From: Verrucomicrobiales bacterium
GTDB taxonomy: Bacteria; Verrucomicrobiota; Verrucomicrobiia; Limisphaerales; UBA11358
Length of the DNA stretch: 64,000 nt
Reading direction: 5' to 3'
NCBI GenBank assembly: GCA_028712475.1
Contig: JAQTQB010000012.1
Span: 8,029-72,028, forward strand
A program made the translations under genes and the position numbers. Position 1 is the stretch's first letter; each line of letters opens with the position of its first letter. The notes below the pieces were generated by a model. The model ran no database searches, was not told the origin of the DNA, and saw only the letters and a list, made by a program, of their open reading frames with translations. This document shows, piece after piece, positions 56,616-64,000 of the stretch.

Positions 56616-58172
56616 ATGACGACGTCCATTCTAACTTACATTTTAGGCATCCCGCTGCTGGCGGCGGTGCTGCTGGTCTTTGTGCCGGGCAATTACCGCG
56701 TCATCATCCGCGCAATAGCCCTTGCCGCGACGCTGGTCCCAATGGTGCTGGCGATAAAAATGTTTTGCCAGTTTGTCACCGGCCATGTGGGTTATCAGTT
56801 TGAACAGCAGATCCCGTGGGTTGAATCGCTCGGCATGAGCTATCACGTCGGCGTGGACGGCTTGAACGTCGGGCTGGTTTTGATGGGTGCGATCGTCGCG
56901 TTCGCCGCCGCATGTTGTTCCTGGGAAATCCAGACGCGCGAAAAGGAATTTTACATCCTGCTGCTCGTGATGACCGGCGGCATCCTCGGTGCGTTCGCGT
57001 CGCTGGACTTGTTTTTCTTCTACGCGTTCCATGAATTCGCGCTGGTGCCGACGTTCATCATGATCGGCGTCTGGGGCCGCAGCGAACGGAAGAATTACGC
57101 GACGTTCCAGATCACGATTTATTTGACCATTGGCGCGTTGCTGGCGTTGATTGGCCTCATCGCGCTTTACATCCAGTCCGGCGCGCATACGTTCGACATC
57201 CCGAAGCTGGTGGAATACATCGCGGCCAATCCGCTGGCGGCGAAGTCGCAGAACTTCATCTTCCCGCTGCTCCTGTTCGGCTTCGGCATTCTGGTTTCAC
57301 TCTGGCCGTTCCATTCCTGGGCGGCGCTGGGTTACGGCGCAGCTCCGGCTCCTACAGCGATGCTGCACGCGGGCGTGCTCAAGAAATTCGGTCTTTACGG
57401 CCTGATCCGCGTCGCGCTGCCGCTGATGCCGCAGGCCGCTCAAAGCTGGATGCAAATCCTCGCCTGGCTCTGCCTCGGCAACATACTTTACGTCGGCTGG
57501 GTTGCGATGAAACAGAAGAATTTGAACCTGCTCATCGGTAATTCCAGCGTGGCGCACATGGGCTTCATCTTCCTTGGCATCGCCAGCCTGAACCTCATCG
57601 GCGTGACGGGCGCGGTGCTGGTGATGATCGCGCACGGCTTCCTCGCGGCGCTGACGTTCGCCTTGAGCGGCTATATTTATCAGAAGACCGGCACGCTCCA
57701 GATCAGCGAACTGGGCGGCTTGTGCCGTCCGCTGCGCTTCATTGGGGTGACACTGCTTATGGCGGCGATGGCGGGCTGCGGGCTGCCGGGTTTTGCGAAT
57801 TTTGTGGGCGAAGTCACGGTGTTTTTCGGCGCGTGGCAAGTGCCGTCGTTGCGCGTGGTCACGGTGCTCGCGGTTTGGGGCGCGCTGATCATCGGCGCGG
57901 TTTACATGACACGCGCCGTCCGCAATGTTTTGCACGGACCGGTGCCGGAAAAATGGAGCAAGCTCGCCGATGCGACGGATGTCTGGCGCAAGCTGCCTTA
58001 CGCGCTGCTGCTCGTGAGCCTGCTGGTGTTCGGCTTTGTCCCGAGTTTGCTCACAGACAAAATCGTCCCGGATGCGAAAAAGATGGTTCAAATGGCGAAT
58101 CCGGTTTCGGACAAGCCGGGCGCGGTCGCCGTTTCTGAAATCCCAAATTTGAAATCCGCACTTCCAAATTGA
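56616..58172 (+). CDS. nuoM: NADH-quinone oxidoreductase subunit M
   Basis: Antiporter-like subunit, 518 aa, in the M position. HSWAALGYGAAPAPTAMLHAGVLKKFGLYG. Confidence 0.92.
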   Translation: MTTSILTYILGIPLLAAVLLVFVPGNYRVIIRAIALAATLVPMVLAIKMFCQFVTGHVGYQFEQQIPWVESLGMSYHVGVDGLNVGLVLMGAIVAFAAACCSWEIQTREKEFYILLLVMTGGILGAFASLDLFFFYAFHEFALVPTFIMIGVWGRSERKNYATFQITIYLTIGALLALIGLIALYIQSGAHTFDIPKLVEYIAANPLAAKSQNFIFPLLLFGFGILVSLWPFHSWAALGYGAAPAPTAMLHAGVLKKFGLYGLIRVALPLMPQAAQSWMQILAWLCLGNILYVGWVAMKQKNLNLLIGNSSVAHMGFIFLGIASLNLIGVTGAVLVMIAHGFLAALTFALSGYIYQKTGTLQISELGGLCRPLRFIGVTLLMAAMAGCGLPGFANFVGEVTVFFGAWQVPSLRVVTVLAVWGALIIGAVYMTRAVRNVLHGPVPEKWSKLADATDVWRKLPYALLLVSLLVFGFVPSLLTDKIVPDAKKMVQMANPVSDKPGAVAVSEIPNLKSALPN

Positions 58173-59623
58173 TGAACGCTTCCTTGATGACACTTGAAAT
58201 TTGCGTGATGGCGCTTGGCACGGTGCTGATGCTCGCGGATTTCTGGCTGCCGGACGAACGCAAAAAATTTGCCGGCTACGCGGCGGTGGCGGCGCTGACC
58301 GGACTTCTCGTCATCAGCTTCAGCGGTTGCGGCGCCTGTAGTTTGGGCGGCTCGGCGTTCAACGGCATGTTTGTGCAGGACGGGCTGGCGATTTTCTTCA
58401 AACGTTTCTTCATCGTTGCCGCTATTCTGGTGCTCTTCATGGCGGTGGAATTCTCTGACCGAATCGCTGGCGGCGTCAGCGAGTATTATTCGCTCATCGT
58501 TTTCGCGCTGTCGGGCATGTTGTTCGCCGCGTCGGCGAATGACTTCACGATGCTGTTCGTGGCGATCGAACTCATCACGATCACGTTTTACATTCTGACC
58601 AGTTTCCAGCGTGGCCGGCTCGTGTCGCTCGAGGCGGGCGTGAAATATCTGATCCTCGGCGCGCTATCGTCGTCGTTCATGGTGTTCGGCATTGCGCTGG
58701 TCTGGGGAACGACGGGCAAGCTGAACTTCAACGAACTCGCGGCCGTCGCGGCGCAGTTTGAGACCAGTAAAATTTTCCTGTTCGGCGTGCTGTTCATCCT
58801 GGTCGGCCTCGGTTTCAAGATCGCCGCGTTCCCGTTCCAGATCTGGGCGCCGGACGTTTATCAGGGCGCGCCCACGCCGACGACCGCATTTCTTGCGGTC
58901 GGCTCGAAAGCGGCGGGGTTTGTCCTGCTGCTGCGCGTCCTGTTCACCGCTGTGCCGACGGTGACGGCGCATTGGATGAACCTGCTCATCGTCATTTCCG
59001 CCATCACGATCCTTTACGGCAACCTCTGCGCGCTGCCGCAACGTAATTTGAAACGTTTGCTCGGTTATTCCAGCATCGCTCACGCTGGTTATCTGTTGCT
59101 CGGCGTGGCGGCGTTGAGCGCGAGCGGGCAATCGGCGCTGCTGTATTATCTGGCGGGCTATCTGTTCACGGTCATCGCGGCATTCACGGTCATCTGCCTA
59201 GTCACGCGGCATCTGGACAACGACGATGTTTCGGCGCTGGCCGGTTTGAACCAGCGTTCGCCCCTGCTCGCCTCGACCATGACGCTGGCGATGGCCTCAC
59301 TCGCGGGCATTCCGCCGCTGGCGGGTTTCTTCGGAAAATTTTTGCTGCTGAAGGCCGTCCTCGAACAGGGCGCGGTAAATCCCGGGTATTATTGCCTCGC
59401 ATTCACGGCGCTGGCGGGCGTGGTGATTTCCTTCTACTACTATTTCGGCGTCATCCGGGCGATTTACTGGAGCAAGAACGTGGTGGATGTGTCACCAATT
59501 CAGTTGTCCGGCCCGATCAAAGTCGCCGTCTGCATCTGCATCGCGGGGATGTTCTGGCTGGGAATTTTCCCGACGACGGCGCTGGACATGGCCAATGAAG
59601 CGGCGAAGGTGTTTGGCAAATAA
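58172..59623 (+). CDS. nuoN: NADH-quinone oxidoreductase subunit N
   Basis: Antiporter-like subunit in the N position. FPFQIWAPDVYQGAPTPTTAFLAVGSK. The ATG overlaps the nuoM stop; a TTG at 58169 is also possible. Confidence 0.92.
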   Translation: MNASLMTLEICVMALGTVLMLADFWLPDERKKFAGYAAVAALTGLLVISFSGCGACSLGGSAFNGMFVQDGLAIFFKRFFIVAAILVLFMAVEFSDRIAGGVSEYYSLIVFALSGMLFAASANDFTMLFVAIELITITFYILTSFQRGRLVSLEAGVKYLILGALSSSFMVFGIALVWGTTGKLNFNELAAVAAQFETSKIFLFGVLFILVGLGFKIAAFPFQIWAPDVYQGAPTPTTAFLAVGSKAAGFVLLLRVLFTAVPTVTAHWMNLLIVISAITILYGNLCALPQRNLKRLLGYSSIAHAGYLLLGVAALSASGQSALLYYLAGYLFTVIAAFTVICLVTRHLDNDDVSALAGLNQRSPLLASTMTLAMASLAGIPPLAGFFGKFLLLKAVLEQGAVNPGYYCLAFTALAGVVISFYYYFGVIRAIYWSKNVVDVSPIQLSGPIKVAVCICIAGMFWLGIFPTTALDMANEAAKVFGK

Positions 59624-59640
59624 TTTTTGATTCTGAAAAT

Positions 59641-59673
59641 AAAAAAGCGCAGGCAAGTTCGCCTGCGCTTTTT
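59641..59673. terminator. bidirectional Rho-independent terminator between nuoN and pyk
   Basis: aaaaaa-GCGCAGGC-aagttc-GCCTGCGC-ttttt. An A-run and a T-run flank an 8-bp GC stem. Confidence 0.8.
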
Positions 59674-59684
59674 GGAGTTGAATT

Positions 59685-61103
<1,419 letters not shown>

Positions 61104-61233
61104 GGCGGCAGGATAAAACGCCCGCGCGTGAATAAAAGTTTTAATTCAGGCCGGCCCGTTGCCGGGGCCAGATCAGGCTTGCCATCATTTGAACGCGCGG
61201 GCATATTTGCACCCTAACTTTGAATTAAATTTT

Positions 61234-61464
61234 ATGGCTGACGCTGCAAACAAATATCCCGAAAACACCCCCGGCAAATACTACGTGGACAACCAGTGCA
61301 TTGACTGCGATCTGTGCCGCGAAACCGCGCCGGACAATTTCAAGCGCAATGACGACGGCGGCTACTCGTTTGTCTATAAACAGCCGGGCACGCCCGACGA
61401 AGAGGCGCGCTGCAAGGAAGCCATGGAAGGCTGCCCCGTCGAAGCCATCGGCAACAACGGCTAA
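61234..61464 (+). CDS. small ferredoxin (single Fe-S cluster type)
   Basis: YYVDNQCIDCDLCRETAP ... EGCPVEAI. 76 aa from ATG 61234. Confidence 0.8.
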   Translation: MADAANKYPENTPGKYYVDNQCIDCDLCRETAPDNFKRNDDGGYSFVYKQPGTPDEEARCKEAMEGCPVEAIGNNG

Positions 61465-61664
61465 AATCCGCCCGTCAATTTCAAAAGCAAAACCCCGCTG
61501 GAATTTTTCGGCGTTTTTTTGTTTTTGAGAATCTACACGGCGGTTTTGTGGAAGGAAGCAGCGAAGCCATAATCGAGGCGTAAAAAGAAAGTGGTTGCAA
61601 ACATGGGGGAGGCGTTGGGGGAGTTTTTATTTCTCAGACGAAGGCTTCGCCGCAACTGAACATC

Positions 61665-61856
61665 ATGTCAATAAACACCAACTTAGCTGTTTCTTGGATA
61701 ATTCCTTCGACAAATTTTGTGATGCAACAAAGCTCCGACCTGACTTCGTGGGCGGACGTGACAAACGCGCCCGTGCTGAACCTCACCAACTTGCAGAATG
61801 AAGTCCTGCTCTCGCCGTCCAACAGCAGCAGTTTCTACCGGCTCAAAACGCCGTGA
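61665..61856 (+). other. 63-codon ORF resembling the C-terminal tail of large surface proteins (ends ...SSSFYRLKTP); possible gene fragment
   Basis: LAVSWIIPSTNFVMQQSSDLTSWADVTN...FYRLK recalls a C-terminal motif of PVC surface proteins. It has no signal peptide and no upstream partner. Confidence 0.3.
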
Positions 61857-61867
61857 AATAAAACCGC

Positions 61868-61905
61868 AGGAGCCGACGTGAGGAGGCTCACTTCAAAACC
61901 GGAAT
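61868..61905. repeat. half copy of the family A element
   Basis: aggagccgacgtgaggaggctcacttcaaaaccgg is the reverse orientation of the right arm of 6427-6511. Confidence 0.6.
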
Positions 61906-61917
61906 TTGATTTAACGT

Positions 61918-62072
61918 CCTCCCTCATCCCGGCCTTCTCCCCACGGAGAAGGAGAATCATTTGCCGTCTCTTTGAAAAACCTGCGGCGGGATTGTCCGGC
62001 CGGTCAGTCGTAAAAGTAAAATCAGACTTGGTTGTTCCCTCTCCTCGGGGGAGAGGGTTAGGGTGAGGGCGG
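61918..62072. repeat. second copy (inverted) of the ~155-nt composite GEGRGEG-type element
   Basis: The ends are cctccctcatcccggccttctccccacggagaaggag and ttccctctcctcgggggagagggttagggtgagggcggg. The spacer is homologous to the reverse complement of the 2507-2575 spacer (gaaaaacctgcggcgggattgtccggccggtcag versus gaaaaaactgcggctcgatttaccggacggctg). Confidence 0.65.
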
Positions 62073-62105
62073 GCTAACAAATTTACCGTCCTGCCTGACC
62101 AGCGT

Positions 62106-64000
62106 TCACGCCGCCGTGGAAATGACCGGCTCCAGCGGCAGGGAAACGCGGACGACGCCGGACTGGCCGGATTGCGGCGGGACAATTTCCAGTTTGCCGT
62201 GGTGCGTCTCGATGATTTTCCGGCTGACGGTCAGGCCGAGGCCGAGGCCGACGTTGCGCGTGGTGTAAAAGGCGGAGGGAACGCGCTTGGCAGCCTCGGC
62301 GGTGAAGCCGGAGCCGTTGTCCTGCACTTCAATCTGGAGATCCTGTCCGCCGTTTCTGCCCGGTTCGGTCTGCAGGCGGACATCCACGGTCGGCGTCTTC
62401 GGATTCGCCTGCAACGCGTTGAGCATGATTTCGGAAAGCGCGTGTTTGAGCGCGGCGCGGTCGCCGGTGAGGTTGATGGGCCGGCCGGCCTTTTCGTATT
62501 GCAGCTTTGCGGCCTCGGCGGGCTGGTATTTGCGCGCCTCCTGATAGGCTTCTTCAATCAATTTCCCGACCGGGAAAGTCTGCTGCTCGATGTAGCCTTC
62601 GCGCGCCAGGAAACGCATCTGGTTGACCAGCCGCGTGACGCGCGTGACGCCGTCGGCGAGCGCGTGGTCGAGCGATTCGCGAAATTCCTTGTTGCCGTAT
62701 TTTTCCGCGAGCAACTGCTGGTGTGTTGAGAGCGGCACCATCGTGTTGCCGATCTCGTGCGCCATGCGGTCGGCCATGGATTTGACAAGGCGCAGGTTTT
62801 CGGCCTCGACTTCCAGTTTTTGCAAATGCTCGGACTGGGTGAGGTCCTCGGCGGTGAGCAGCGCGGAAAACGGCACGGCGGCGTTCCCGCGCTGGAACGG
62901 CACGACGTTGATGTTATAGACCGTGCCGGGGGAATTCTCCGGTTCGTAACGGAACGGCCCCATCGCTGCGCCGGTTTTCAACACCTGGTAAATTTTCGCG
63001 CCGAGCGCCTGCGGCAGGTCGCTGAAATTCAGTTCGCCGGTGCGCTTGTTTTTCTGGCCGAAATGCCGGAGGGCGGACTTGTTTGCGTGCAGCACCTTCA
63101 AATCATGGCCGACGACAATGCACGCGCTGCTCAACTCGCGCAGCACGTCGGTCATCATTTCGCTGTTGCCCGCGATCTGCTGGTGCAGCCAGGTGTTGCG
63201 GAGCGCGAGGCCGACCTGTTCGAGCAGATGGAAAACCAGTTCCAGCTCGGCGTTGACGAGCGGTTCGCCGGTCACGCGGCCATCGAAAACGGCCACGCCG
63301 ACGATGCCGTTGCGGTCGGCCACCGGCACGGCCACCTGCGTGCCGAGCATTTCAAATTCCCTTTGCGTCTGGGCATCAGCGCGGGCTTCGTCGCTGTCCC
63401 GGCGCACAACCCGTCCCAGCCGGACAATCTGGCCGCCGATGCCAGAATCAAGCGAGAGTTCAACGTTTTCGAGCATCCCGGAAGAAAGCCCGATGGCTGC
63501 GGCGTAGCGCAGGCCCTTGCCGGCGTTCGGCGGGAGCGCCGTGTCCTCCGGCGAGCAGGGACGGTTCAGAAAAATGGCGGCGCGGTTGACGCCCAGCATT
63601 TCGCGGAGGAAACACAAGAACTGGCTCAACATCGCCTCGGCATTGAGCGAGTAGGTGAGGATGGACGAAAAATCGCGCAGCACGCCGAGCGTTTGCGCGG
63701 CATTGACCGGGCGGCTCTGGTTTTGCGCGGCTTCGACCGGACGGGAAAATGGAGTTTGGGGCGGCGGTGCGGCGGCAACGAAGCGGTGAACCGGAGGATT
63801 TTCCAGACGTTCCAGCAAGGTGTTCAAAAGCCGGCTGCGCACGGGCTTGGTCAGCACATGGGTGACGCCGTGCAGAAACGCTTCTTCTTCCCAGGCGGAT
63901 TCGCTGGCTGAAGTATAGACGACGATGGGCGACCGGGCATCGAAGCGACGGAGGCGATCAACAACCCAGACGATTTCAACATCCAACAGATCCGCGTCCA
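62106..64000 (-). CDS. sensor histidine kinase with an N-terminal receiver (truncated by the window), a GAF/PAS-like middle and HisKA + HATPase_c
   Basis: H-box MADRMAHEIGNTMVPL, and the N/G boxes ALSEIMLNALQA and DNGSGF...GLGLGLTVSRKII. The frame stays open past the listed TTG to the window edge (..DADLLDVEIV.. looks like a receiver domain). Confidence 0.85.
   Translation of the reverse strand, partial: DADLLDVEIVWVVDRLRRFDARSPIVVYTSASESAWEEEAFLHGVTHVLTKPVRSRLLNTLLERLENPPVHRFVAAAPPPQTPFSRPVEAAQNQSRPVNAAQTLGVLRDFSSILTYSLNAEAMLSQFLCFLREMLGVNRAAIFLNRPCSPEDTALPPNAGKGLRYAAAIGLSSGMLENVELSLDSGIGGQIVRLGRVVRRDSDEARADAQTQREFEMLGTQVAVPVADRNGIVGVAVFDGRVTGEPLVNAELELVFHLLEQVGLALRNTWLHQQIAGNSEMMTDVLRELSSACIVVGHDLKVLHANKSALRHFGQKNKRTGELNFSDLPQALGAKIYQVLKTGAAMGPFRYEPENSPGTVYNINVVPFQRGNAAVPFSALLTAEDLTQSEHLQKLEVEAENLRLVKSMADRMAHEIGNTMVPLSTHQQLLAEKYGNKEFRESLDHALADGVTRVTRLVNQMRFLAREGYIEQQTFPVGKLIEEAYQEARKYQPAEAAKLQYEKAGRPINLTGDRAALKHALSEIMLNALQANPKTPTVDVRLQTEPGRNGGQDLQIEVQDNGSGFTAEAAKRVPSAFYTTRNVGLGLGLTVSRKIIETHHGKLEIVPPQSGQSGVVRVSLPLEPVISTAA

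Noticed and set aside
61480-61535. Rho-independent terminator after the ferredoxin gene (ccccgctgg...cggcgttttttt).
   Set aside because: The stem pairs poorly (3-4 bp). The T-run alone is insufficient.
63955-64000. Apparent frameshift/stop in the sensor kinase near 63960 (printed gatcaaacaaccc versus the gatcaacaaccc required by the supplied translation).
   Set aside because: The last printed sequence line has 41 characters, so one 'a' is duplicated at the line break. This is a formatting artefact. The ORF track coordinates are self-consistent.

Overview
High-GC bacterial chromosomal segment. It is probably from the PVC superphylum and Verrucomicrobiota-like; this is inference from H-X9-DG/pseudopilin-like modules and from the palindromic and heptanucleotide repeat families, and nothing was searched.

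The backbone is core metabolism and housekeeping:
- a DUF2339-like/DUF3999-like membrane pair and a gamma-carbonic-anhydrase-like protein
- a split type IIA topoisomerase pair (ParE/ParC-like)
- two ECF sigma/anti-sigma modules
- a MoxR-DUF58-transglutaminase triad
- tmRNA, groES-groEL, dnaK, pyrE, ptsN-like, argS, ubiE/menG and a response regulator
- tRNA-Gly, two tandem dTMP-kinase-like genes, a 13-gene nuoB-nuoN complex I operon, pyk, a ferredoxin and a partial sensor kinase.

Accessory or unusual content, in my order of interest:
1. A visibly AT-richer, translationally coupled HipA-like kinase + DUF3037 cassette sits exactly between the topoisomerase B and A subunit genes.
2. A 2324-aa ORF is an end-to-end fusion of two paralogous envelope proteins. 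It has an embedded pseudopilin-like module that is itself paralogous to the ectodomain of a nearby anti-sigma factor.
3. Several palindromic or heptanucleotide-periodic repeat families sit at operon-internal junctions. Some lie in frame inside coding genes (vsr, an S1C protease, the giant ORF, argS, ubiE).
4. A tRNA-Gln gene lies antisense inside the nuo operon.
5. An AT-richer unknown ORF starts 3 nt after the dnaK stop.
6. One of the two tandem Tmk-like genes has a P-loop Lys-to-Arg change.

No CRISPR array, rRNA, transposase or integrase was seen. Family names come from motif recognition in the supplied translations. GC statements are by eye and were not computed.
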